Part shown: piece after piece, positions 38,208 through 46,884 of the stretch
Numbering within the stretch: the stretch's first letter is position 1
Layout of the letters: each line of letters starts with the position of its first letter
NCBI GenBank assembly: GCA_029932605.1
Contig: JAOZPT010000001.1
Span: 1-64,000 of the forward strand
DNA length: 64,000 bases
Direction of reading: 5' to 3'
Source: Candidatus Zixiibacteriota bacterium
Lineage (GTDB): Bacteria > Zixibacteria > MSB-5A5 > UBA10806 > 4484-95
The notes under the pieces: generated by a model
Told to the model about the DNA's origin: nothing
The model's database searches: none
The model's input: the letters and a program-made list of their open reading frames with translations, nothing else
Translations under genes and position numbers: made by a program

Positions 38208-39488
38208 TTATAGCCTGGAAGCTAATAGTTTTAAGAACAATCCAACGTCCGTAACGATACCGGTCGTTTGTTTTGATCCCCTGTCGGCAAGTTTTGTAAC
38301 AACTGAGGGATTGATATCCACGCAAATGGTACTTACCCAGGCGGGAATCATGTTACCGGTGGCAATTGAATGGAGCATGGAAGAAAGCATGATTACTAAT
38401 TCGACACCTTTGAGAGCCCTGGCATAAGCAGCTTGGGCCTGAATCATGTCATTTATTGTCTCCGGGAGAGGACCATCATCACGGAGCGAGCCGGCGAGAA
38501 CAAAAGGGACATTAAACTTAATACAACTATACATTATTCCGCTGTGAAGCACTCCGGCTTGAACCATCTTTTTTATTGAGCCATATTTATAAACCTGATT
38601 GATGGCCCTGATATGGTTTTTATGGCCCTCCTCGCGTGGCTTACCCGTTTTTATATCCACTCCCAGGGAGGTGCCGTAAAGAGCCTGTTCGATGTCGTGG
38701 ACAGCAAGGGCATTTCCCGATAGCAGAACATTTATGAAACCTTTCCTGATCAGCTTGCATATCGAATCACCGGCACCGGTATGTACAGCCACCGGTCCAA
38801 CCACAAATGCCACCTTCTTTTTGTTACTTTTTAGCAAATCGGCGATATTACTTACCGCCAGCTCCACCTTCTTCTCGGAGGAGACCTCTGCCGACATGAA
38901 TTGAAAATCGCTTCTTTCACGTTGTTTGAATTCTGGGGTGATTTTTATTCCGGATAGACCGCAAACTATCTTATCACCCTTTTTGATATCTCGAAGCTTA
39001 ATACATCGGGGGATTCCATTTTTGACAACAATCACTGAATCCATACGCTGGTTTCGCACCCTGCGCCATCTCCCGTTCAGGCGAATATGGGAAAGGTAAT
39101 TTGTGGTAGAATAGAAATCTTCAGGAGCACAACCATCCTTTGGAGCATTTTTTACAATTGCTGGTTTATTGTCAACGATAATACAACCGAGGTTGTGAAG
39201 CTGTTCAACGATGTATGAAAGTTTTTTTGAAGAAGTGGCTTTTACAAGTATAGAGGCTTTAGTTTCATCGGTGTTGGTTCGTCCCATGACAAATGAGGTT
39301 ATCTCAAATTTTCCACCCAGACCTATGATTTTGTCGAGGATATTGGACATTATGCCCGAATCAACCAGGTGTCCATGGGCGGTCACCTCGCGGCTATACC
39401 AGCGTTTGGGAGGATAAACTTTCACATCGTTGTTATCGGCGAGTTTATTTTTTTGATTAATAATGTGACTCACCAGCCAGCTATGCAA
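38208..39488 (-). CDS. TIGR00300 / LOR-SDH-region protein (ornithine cyclodeaminase-like, ArgZ/AgrE C-terminal homolog)
   Basis: Motifs GHLVDSG, APKDG.APEDFYSTTN, GNALAVHDIE, LAGSLRDDGPLP and KLADRGS. Start uncertain. Confidence 0.85.
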   Translation of the reverse strand: MHSWLVSHIINQKNKLADNNDVKVYPPKRWYSREVTAHGHLVDSGIMSNILDKIIGLGGKFEITSFVMGRTNTDETKASILVKATSSKKLSYIVEQLHNLGCIIVDNKPAIVKNAPKDGCAPEDFYSTTNYLSHIRLNGRWRRVRNQRMDSVIVVKNGIPRCIKLRDIKKGDKIVCGLSGIKITPEFKQRERSDFQFMSAEVSSEKKVELAVSNIADLLKSNKKKVAFVVGPVAVHTGAGDSICKLIRKGFINVLLSGNALAVHDIEQALYGTSLGVDIKTGKPREEGHKNHIRAINQVYKYGSIKKMVQAGVLHSGIMYSCIKFNVPFVLAGSLRDDGPLPETINDMIQAQAAYARALKGVELVIMLSSMLHSIATGNMIPAWVSTICVDINPSVVTKLADRGSKQTTGIVTDVGLFLKLLASRL

Positions 39489-39573
39489 ACGGTGATGTAT
39501 ATTTTAAAGGCAGAAAGGTTATAACAATAAACTCGTTAAAAAATATGATATCATCATCGATTCCTTTGGGATT

Positions 39574-40095
39574 TTATTTATTCAAACCGCTTTTATATTT
39601 TTCTCTGGTTTTTTCCAGAAAGGTAATGAATTCATTTTCAAGATAATCCGGATATGTCCATGGTAATTTCTGGAATTTGCCATCGGCGTAAATCAGTGTG
39701 ACCTCAGCCCAGATGCCCTGGCTGAGGTAAATTCGATGGGAGAAATTTTTAGTGGAGGCTAAAACAAATTTGGATGTCTCAAGGTATCCTGGGTCAAGGT
39801 TGACCTGGCGCTTGCCGTCTTTAGTGTAAATGTATTCTATATCGATAGTCGTGCGTTTGGCCAGCCAGAGATTATCTGCCAGGAAAGGTCTTTCGAAGCT
39901 GAGAAGTAGTTTTTTTAGATTTGGCCCCATCTCCTTTGTGTAATAATCAGTGTGAGTGAAATCGATTAGCTTTGATCTGTCCTCGACCAGGCCGAAAGCG
40001 TTTTCAAGGTTGGTGATGATATCCTCAAGGTTGACTTTCGGAGATATGGTCACACCACAGATCAGTTTCACCGTGGGCGGATTTAGATCAATCAT
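39574..40095 (-). CDS. DUF4416 family protein
   Basis: Motifs TDYYTKEMG, RQVNLDPGY, LASTKNFSHRIYL and PWTYPDY. Confidence 0.88.
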   Translation of the reverse strand: MIDLNPPTVKLICGVTISPKVNLEDIITNLENAFGLVEDRSKLIDFTHTDYYTKEMGPNLKKLLLSFERPFLADNLWLAKRTTIDIEYIYTKDGKRQVNLDPGYLETSKFVLASTKNFSHRIYLSQGIWAEVTLIYADGKFQKLPWTYPDYLENEFITFLEKTREKYKSGLNK

Positions 40096-40762
40096 TATTT
40101 ACTCCTTTGCAGGCCTTAATACACATACCGCATATCATTACACCTATGCCCCGTCTTTTTTCGAATTGCTTTAATAGCTCGAAGCAGGCTTTACCATTGA
40201 ACTTCTCAATACCATCGGGTGAAATCGCCTTTGCCGGGCAGGCGGTGATACATTCATAGCAGGCACCGCAGTCAGCTGTTACTGGCGAATCCGTTTTGAG
40301 GGGCATATCTGTCAAAAGGCTGGCTAAGCGGATAGCCGCGCCATACTCTGGATGCACGATTAGCCCATTTCTGCCGAGAAAACCAAGGCCAGCATGCAAG
40401 GCGGCGTGCCTTTGCGATAGATGCGAGCGCTGGTTGACCCAATCGGTGATTACACTGGCGGGGATGGGCAAGGCCTCGAACCCTTGTGATTGAATAAACT
40501 GGCCAAGACCGAATGTGATTTTATCCAAAAGATTATTTGCCTGCCGGTAGTGAGCTTTATAGATAAGATTAGGGCCGTCGATCAAGGTTTCTAAAACTTT
40601 TCGCTGTATTCGAACAGCAATACTTACTATGAATGGTAATGTTTGAGCCACCTCTTTAATTTCATCGTTGATATAGTCATATATTTTAGTTGTTTTTGTT
40701 ACGCCGAAGAGGTCGGCGCCAAGGTCTGTGGCTTTCTGTTTTAGCATATCGTAATTGTCCAT
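40088..40762 (-). CDS. Epoxyqueuosine-reductase-like / reductive-dehalogenase-domain Fe-S protein
   Basis: Motifs GADLFG, HAALHAGLGFLGRNGL..PEYG, CxxCxxCxxxCP and CGMCIKAC. Start set at MDNY (ORF track 40858). Confidence 0.8.
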   Translation of the reverse strand: MDNYDMLKQKATDLGADLFGVTKTTKIYDYINDEIKEVAQTLPFIVSIAVRIQRKVLETLIDGPNLIYKAHYRQANNLLDKITFGLGQFIQSQGFEALPIPASVITDWVNQRSHLSQRHAALHAGLGFLGRNGLIVHPEYGAAIRLASLLTDMPLKTDSPVTADCGACYECITACPAKAISPDGIEKFNGKACFELLKQFEKRRGIGVMICGMCIKACKGVNND

Positions 40763-41040
40763 ACAGAGAAAGTAAATGATTGAGTTAGGTATGTCAATTG
40801 GGATGTTGTTCCATTTCGTCGTAGGTAAAAACCGTAACCTTGCTGTTAGTATAAACACCTTTAAGTTAAAACTAAAAAGCTATTAACTTCCAGAACATAA
40901 GGGATATCGATTGGAATTATATATTATTCCCAACATATAATAATAACTATTTAACTTCCCTAATTTTTAGTTGATATATACACCCACTAATACTTAATTA
41001 ATGTTAGTGATATGTTATTTTAATGATTACTGGAGGTATC

Positions 41041-42729
41041 ATGGATTTAACAAAAATAAAAGCCCCGATCGGGACATCGATTACCTGCAAAAGCTGGCAG
41101 ACGGAGGGGGCATTAAGAATGTTATTAAACAACCTCGATTCTGAGGTTGGAGAAAACCCCAAGGAATTGGTTGTCTATGGTGGACGGGGCAAGGCCGCCC
41201 GAAATGTCGATTGTTTGAAGGCGATAATCAAGTCCTTAAGGGAGCTGGAATCGGATGAAACCCTTTTGGTTCAATCGGGCAAGCCGGTAGGTATCTTCAA
41301 GACTCATCCTTATTCGCCGCGAGTGCTTATCGCCAATAGCAATATGGTGCCGGCCTGGGCTACACCGGAGAAATTCCGTGAACTGGAGGAACTAGGCCTT
41401 ATCATGTTCGGTCAGATGACCGCTGGCTCGTGGATTTACATCGGCACCCAGGGGATTTTGCAGGGGACTTATGAGACATTTAACGCCGCCGGTCAGAAAC
41501 ATTATAATACCGACCTTGCCGGTAAATTTATACTTACCGGTGGCATGGGTGGAATGGGTGGCGCTCAACCGTTAGCGGCGACGATGAACAACGCCGTTAT
41601 TCTGGTGGTTGAGGTTGACCCTTCACGTATAAAGAAACGCCTCGATACCGGTTATTGCGATATCATGGAAACTGACCTTGATAAAGCCCTTGCCCGGATA
41701 GACAAAGCCAGATCGGCTAAACAGCCGTTGTCGGTGGGGCTTGTTGGCAATGCCGCCGATATCTTTCCTGAACTGTTGAAACGCAACATCGTCCCCGACT
41801 TGGTTACTGACCAGACCTCCGCCCATGATGAGCTAAACGGCTATATCCCCGCCGGTATAACGTTAGAGAAGGCACTGAAACTTCGACACAGCAACCCGGA
41901 TAAATATATCAAAATGGCTTATGAATCGATGGTTAAGCATACCGAGGCGATGGTTGGTTTCTCTAAGGCTGGCGCTCATGTTTTTGACTATGGCAATAAT
42001 CTCAGAGGACAGGCCTACAAGGCCGGTTATAAAGATGCGTTTGCATACCCCGGTTTTGTGCCGGCATATATCAGGCCACTTTTCTGCGAGGGTAGAGGCC
42101 CATTTCGCTGGGCGGCTCTATCGGGCGACCCTGAGGATATCGCGGTAACCGATGAAATGGTGCTGAAGATGTTTTCTTATAATGAGCCGTTGGTGCGGTG
42201 GATCGAGATGGCACAAAAGAAAGTTCATTTCCAGGGTCTGCCAGCTCGTATCTGCTGGCTGGGTTATGGTGAGCGCGATAAGATGGGGCTTGAGATAAAC
42301 CGCTATGTAAGAGAGGGCAAGCTTAAAGCTCCGATTGTCATCGGCCGCGACCATTTAGATAGCGGTTCGGTTGCCTCGCCATATCGCGAGACCGAGGGCA
42401 TGAAAGACGGCTCTGACTGTATAGCCGACTGGCCGGTTTTAAACGCCCTGTTGAACACAGCCAGCGGAGCCTCATGGGTGAGTTTCCATCACGGCGGCGG
42501 TGTTGGCATAGGTAATTCACTTCATGCCGGACAGGTATTAGTCTGTGACGGCACACCGGAGATGGATATCCGTATCGAGCGGGTGCTAACCAACGACCCG
42601 AGTATCGGAATAGCTCGCCATGTCGACGCCGGCTATGATGAGGCAGTCAAAGTGGCAGATGAAAAGAATGTGAAGATACCGATGAGGATGTATAGGGAGT
42701 TTGTTGAATCGGATAATAACTTAGTGTAA
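41041..42729 (+). CDS. hutU: Urocanate hydratase
   Basis: Motifs [36 protein letters not shown] and HHGGGVG. GGAGG RBS precedes the ATG at 41041. Confidence 0.97.
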   Translation: MDLTKIKAPIGTSITCKSWQTEGALRMLLNNLDSEVGENPKELVVYGGRGKAARNVDCLKAIIKSLRELESDETLLVQSGKPVGIFKTHPYSPRVLIANSNMVPAWATPEKFRELEELGLIMFGQMTAGSWIYIGTQGILQGTYETFNAAGQKHYNTDLAGKFILTGGMGGMGGAQPLAATMNNAVILVVEVDPSRIKKRLDTGYCDIMETDLDKALARIDKARSAKQPLSVGLVGNAADIFPELLKRNIVPDLVTDQTSAHDELNGYIPAGITLEKALKLRHSNPDKYIKMAYESMVKHTEAMVGFSKAGAHVFDYGNNLRGQAYKAGYKDAFAYPGFVPAYIRPLFCEGRGPFRWAALSGDPEDIAVTDEMVLKMFSYNEPLVRWIEMAQKKVHFQGLPARICWLGYGERDKMGLEINRYVREGKLKAPIVIGRDHLDSGSVASPYRETEGMKDGSDCIADWPVLNALLNTASGASWVSFHHGGGVGIGNSLHAGQVLVCDGTPEMDIRIERVLTNDPSIGIARHVDAGYDEAVKVADEKNVKIPMRMYREFVESDNNLV

Positions 42730-42794
42730 GGGTATACTGATTATACACTTTAATGTGGGAATCCAATAACATGGATAAATAAAAGAGCAGTAAC

Positions 42795-43316
42795 TTGACA
42801 AAATCAACCACCGCTAAGGCATTGATACCAATCGAGATTATAGAACGGAAGATATTCCTCCTCCGCAGGCAAAAAGTTATGATTGATAAAGACTTGGCTG
42901 AACTTTATGGTGTAACAACCGGAAACCTTAACAAAGCAGTAAGCAGAAACATTGATCGATTCCCTGAGGACTTTATGTTTCAATTAACAAAGGTTGAGTT
43001 TGAAAACTTGAAATTCCATTTTGGAATATCAAGTTGGGGTGGTACTCGAAGGTTACCCAGAGCATTTACTGAGCAAGGTGTAGCTATGCTCTCCAGTGTG
43101 CTAAGAAGTAAACGGGCTGTTCAGGTTAACATTCAAATAATGAGGACTTTTGTTAAACTCCGGGAATTAATATCATCACATACGCAATTGGCTAAGAAGG
43201 TACAAGCTTTGGAAAAGAGATACAACTCCCAGTTCAAAGTTGTGTTTGATGCTATTCACAAATTGATTGAATCGCCCAAAAAGGATAAAAGACGTATTGG
43301 CTTTTACAGAAAGTAG
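42795..43316 (+). CDS. ORF6N (KilA-N-like) DNA-binding domain protein
   Basis: Motifs KVMID.DLAELYGV, RNIDRFPEDFMFQLT and AFTEQGVAMLSSVLRS. Confidence 0.92.
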   Translation: MTKSTTAKALIPIEIIERKIFLLRRQKVMIDKDLAELYGVTTGNLNKAVSRNIDRFPEDFMFQLTKVEFENLKFHFGISSWGGTRRLPRAFTEQGVAMLSSVLRSKRAVQVNIQIMRTFVKLRELISSHTQLAKKVQALEKRYNSQFKVVFDAIHKLIESPKKDKRRIGFYRK

Positions 43317-43339
43317 GTCAAAACCCCTGCGGTTTTGAC
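43313..43339 (+). repeat. GTAG-type REP-like palindrome overlapping the ORF6N stop codon
   Basis: GTAG-GTCAAAACC-CCTGC-GGTTTTGAC. Confidence 0.6.
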
Positions 43340-43350
43340 ATATATTATGA

Positions 43351-44018
43351 GATAATAGCCAATAGCACAAGGCTCGTGGCCTACGGCTCTACTAATAGCT
43401 ATTACAAAATATGGCATGTATTTTTTATTCTTTTAACTTTTCCTCAAATTCCGTAAAATAATTGTTTATAACCCTTAAATTAAATTTCGAAGGTACGGTA
43501 GGACAGACTTTTAGTCTGTCCGGTCAGACAGGAATGTCTGACCTACCAGCAATCTTGAATTTGGAGTTGTTGAGGTTTTCGTTTCACTCAGACACCGACC
43601 TACGATTACCCTCAACGATTCTGGACAGCATTTTTTGCTGACCCTACATGAATCTACACTTTTATATGATAATAGCCAATAGCACAAGGCTCGTGGCCTA
43701 CGGCTCTACTAATAGCTATTACAAAATATGGCATGTATTTTTTATTCTTTTAACTTTTCCTCAAATTCCGTAAAATAATTGTTTATAACCCTTAAATTAA
43801 ATTTCGAAGGTACGGTAGGACAGACTTTTAGTCTGTCCGGTCAGACAGGAATGTCTGACCTACCAGCAATCTTGAATTTGGAGTTGTTGAGGTTTTCGTT
43901 TCACTCAGACACCGACCTACGATTACCCTCAACGATTCTGGACAGCATTTTTTGCTGACCCTACATAAATCTACACTTTTATATGATAATAGTCAAGAGC
44001 ACAAGGCTCGTGGCCTAC
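43351..44018. repeat. Tandem direct repeat: 2 x 317 bp plus a 34-bp partial third copy, made of REP-like palindromes
   Basis: Units start at 43351, 43668 and 43985. Copies 1 and 2 differ at one seen position (43650 G vs 43967 A). Confidence 0.92.
43497..43547. repeat. Inverted REP doublet (REPIN-like); second copy at 43814-43864
   Basis: GGTAGGACAGAC-TTTTA-GTCTGTCC followed by GGTCAGACA-GGAA-TGTCTGACCTACC. Confidence 0.75.
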
Positions 44019-44441
44019 TTATTGTTCCACTTTTACTGGTTTATAAATTGCGCCGACGATCAGCCCAAGAATGATCATTTCTATCATTCCGAATAATATC
44101 CATAGCCAGAGCAATGCTCCAGGAATAGGAAATATTGGCCAGCACATAAAGGAGCCAACCACTATATAGAACAGGCCTATATAGATACCATAGCGGAATC
44201 CTTCAATGACCCCTTTGCCTTTAACACCGTAAGTATATATCCATACGAATAACAAGGTGAAAAAGAAGGCGCCGATATAATAAGCCCACATTTTCGAGTT
44301 CATATCCGCTTCGCTGCGAAGTAGCGTGCCGGTGAGGGGTTTGTAAATTTCGCCAAGTATCAACACATGTATGATTAAATCCATCACGAACAAAGCTACA
44401 AAGCCTACGATTACGGCATTGATGAATCTTTTCCAATTCAT
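44019..44441 (-). CDS. 4-TM membrane protein (DUF1761-like)
   Basis: Four hydrophobic helices, motif EGFRYG...G, RBS AGGAGAG. Confidence 0.7.
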   Translation of the reverse strand: MNWKRFINAVIVGFVALFVMDLIIHVLILGEIYKPLTGTLLRSEADMNSKMWAYYIGAFFFTLLFVWIYTYGVKGKGVIEGFRYGIYIGLFYIVVGSFMCWPIFPIPGALLWLWILFGMIEMIILGLIVGAIYKPVKVEQ

Positions 44442-44574
44442 TTTTCTCTCCTAAATGTTTGATTTTTTCTGTCTGATTGTGGGAGTTTTTGCAGGGATTT
44501 TCAAGCGAAATTTTCGATATTTTCAGAGGATATTATACCGCCATGAATTAATATGCGGATTTAGATTTGTTCGT

Positions 44575-46176
44575 TTATAAAAGGTATTTCCTTGGGTCAG
44601 CAATAGCGCCCTCAAGGGCAGAGGCAGCCGCGGTAGCTGGAGAAGATAGATAAACTTCCGGATTCTTTGAGTTGGTTTGCCGGATTAAATCACAGCTGTT
44701 GGTAGTAAGGATTCTTTCATCTGCAGCAAGCATATCCTTGTGAGCTCCCGCACATGAGCCGCAACCCGGACTTAACATGACACACCCCGACCCAACTAAA
44801 GAACGGATATAACCTTTATCGATTGCGGCAAGATATGTTTTGCGGGAAGCGGGTACGATTATCATCCGGGTGTCGCGGTGGATACGTCTTCCCCGGAGTA
44901 TGGAGACAACCATTTCCAGGTCATCTAAACGACCACTTGAACATCCGCATAATACAATCTGGTCTATTTTCTTACCCGCTACATCTTCCACCGGTTTAAC
45001 ACAATGCTTTTTATTCAGACATGCGACCTGAGGTGTGAGATATGAGACATCTATTTCGATTTCGTTTTCGTATTTGGCATTGATGTCAGGAGCAATTGGA
45101 GAGAATCTTTCTTTGGTAATTTTTTTTAAGTATCTTTGAGATACATCATCAAAGGGAATTATGGCTGATTTTGCCCCGATTTCCAAGGAGGAACTGGTTA
45201 AAATAAGTCTTTGTGGCACCGTCATTGTGGAGACCGCATCACCATAGAATTCCAGCGCCTTATAATTTATATCCTCAAAATGAAGGTCTCGGGATAATTT
45301 AAGGATGATATCTTTTGCGAATACACCCCGGGTGGGTAAACCGTTTATAACCACCTTGATAGTTTTGGGTACTTTCAGCCAGATTCTGCCCGAGGCCCAT
45401 ACTACCGCCATATCCAGTGGGCTTATACAGGTTGAGAAAGCACCAATACTTCCGTGGGATGTGGCTTGGTTATCGGTTGCCACAATCAGGCGGCTGGGAA
45501 GTATTAATCCCTCTTCGAGGGTAATCTGGTATGGTATTCCCCAACCGATATCGTAAAATTTTTCTATTCTTTGTTTTTTAACAAATTTGCGGATTCTTTT
45601 GTGGACATCGGCAATCTTCCCAAATTCATTTTGTGTCCAGTCATTCAAAATTATAGTGATTTTTGAATTGTCCCACACTTTGGGAAAGCCTGTCAGTTTA
45701 AACTGTTTTATAATTTGTTCGGTATCGTCAACTGATACAGCTAGGTCGGGTCGGACGCTTATGACCTGACCCTCTTCTACTGATTTCAGCCCGGACTTTT
45801 TTGCCAGTAATTTTTTGATAAATGTTTCTCTTCGGGAATCTCTGCTTTTCCTGTAGGTTCCTCTTAAGTCCAGTTCAAGTTGTTCCATTTTCAGTTGAAC
45901 CGGTTTTTTCTTGATGCCGTATTTGATGCGCCATTGGCGGAAGCCGGGACCGGATATCCCCAGCTCTGCTCCGGCTAATCTATCATCACCATAGCGTTCC
46001 CAGAGTTCTATTATTTTCTCATGTGAATATTTTGAGAAGCTGTATTGTCCGATATTTTTCTTCGAGCGCCAGTATGCGACCAAACGGCTGGGCACTCCAT
46101 AGACCTCTGCAATTTTCTTGTCGGTTCGGTATTTCTTTTGAAGCTCTAAGAGCTCTTTTTTCTTGGGTATTTTCAC
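44575..46176 (-). CDS. Aconitase/LeuC-like large subunit with two N-terminal HTH repeats; catalytic motifs degenerate
   Basis: Motifs WLKVPKTIKV, GVFAKDIIL, GAKSAI, CGCSSGRLDDL, PGCGSCAG and YLSSPATAAASA. Residues 1-90 are two HTH-like repeats. GTG start. Confidence 0.85.
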   Translation of the reverse strand: MKIPKKKELLELQKKYRTDKKIAEVYGVPSRLVAYWRSKKNIGQYSFSKYSHEKIIELWERYGDDRLAGAELGISGPGFRQWRIKYGIKKKPVQLKMEQLELDLRGTYRKSRDSRRETFIKKLLAKKSGLKSVEEGQVISVRPDLAVSVDDTEQIIKQFKLTGFPKVWDNSKITIILNDWTQNEFGKIADVHKRIRKFVKKQRIEKFYDIGWGIPYQITLEEGLILPSRLIVATDNQATSHGSIGAFSTCISPLDMAVVWASGRIWLKVPKTIKVVINGLPTRGVFAKDIILKLSRDLHFEDINYKALEFYGDAVSTMTVPQRLILTSSSLEIGAKSAIIPFDDVSQRYLKKITKERFSPIAPDINAKYENEIEIDVSYLTPQVACLNKKHCVKPVEDVAGKKIDQIVLCGCSSGRLDDLEMVVSILRGRRIHRDTRMIIVPASRKTYLAAIDKGYIRSLVGSGCVMLSPGCGSCAGAHKDMLAADERILTTNSCDLIRQTNSKNPEVYLSSPATAAASALEGAIADPRKYLL

Positions 46177-46194
46177 TTTTTTTGGTGTTTATCT

Positions 46195-46680
46195 TTACTG
46201 GAGTTTTTTTAGATGTTTTTTTAAAGAGTCGTATATATCCAGTAAAGCAAGCGATTGGACTTTTGTTAACCCCACAACTGGCATAAAATTGGTGTCTCCC
46301 TGGAAACGTGGTACAACATGTATATGCAGATGGTCAGTGATGCTTGAACCGGCCACCTCGCCGATATTGATACCGATATTTAAGCCGTCAGCCGGCATGG
46401 CGATATTGAGAAGTTTTGAGCTGAGAATCATGAGTCTAAACATCTCTGTATATTCAGCTTTAGTCAATTTATCAAGGTTGGATTTATGTTTATTGGGAGC
46501 TATCATTAAATGCCCACTGTTATAAGGGTAGCGGTTTAAAATGATAAAAGCATTTTTACCCCTGTATAAGATCAGATTTTGCCGGTCTCTTTTTTGTTTT
46601 AACCGACTGCAAAATATACATTCTTTTTCTTTTGAGCCAATAATATATTCAGCACGCCAGGGTGCCCAGAGCTCTTCCAT
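46195..46680 (-). CDS. HIT family nucleotide hydrolase/phosphorylase (Ap4A-type)
   Basis: Motifs LWAPWR, CIFC, NRYPYNSGHL and the histidine triad HLHIHVVPR. Start set at MEELW. Confidence 0.92.
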   Translation of the reverse strand: MEELWAPWRAEYIIGSKEKECIFCSRLKQKRDRQNLILYRGKNAFIILNRYPYNSGHLMIAPNKHKSNLDKLTKAEYTEMFRLMILSSKLLNIAMPADGLNIGINIGEVAGSSITDHLHIHVVPRFQGDTNFMPVVGLTKVQSLALLDIYDSLKKHLKKLQ

Positions 46681-46884
46681 GTTATACAAGTTAAATAGAA
46701 TGATTTTAAAATCAAGAATTTTTTGAGAATTATTATTTCTTGTGAGAAGAATTGACAAAAAGTTGACATCCGATTTATTATAATAATATATTAATGTCAG
46801 ATGACTACTCCCCGATAGAATACAGAAGAACTTGACATGGTAAAAGACAATGGTTATTTTGTTTTTTTATTGAAGGATTAAATT

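Noticed and set aside
43351..44018. CRISPR array (34-bp repeat occurring three times)
   Set aside because: The intervening 283-bp segments are near-identical to each other and far too long for spacers, and there are no cas genes. It is a tandem duplication.
46685..46884. T-box leader for valS
   Set aside because: No T-box consensus (AAGGTGGNACCGCG-like) or terminator, and the space is too short.
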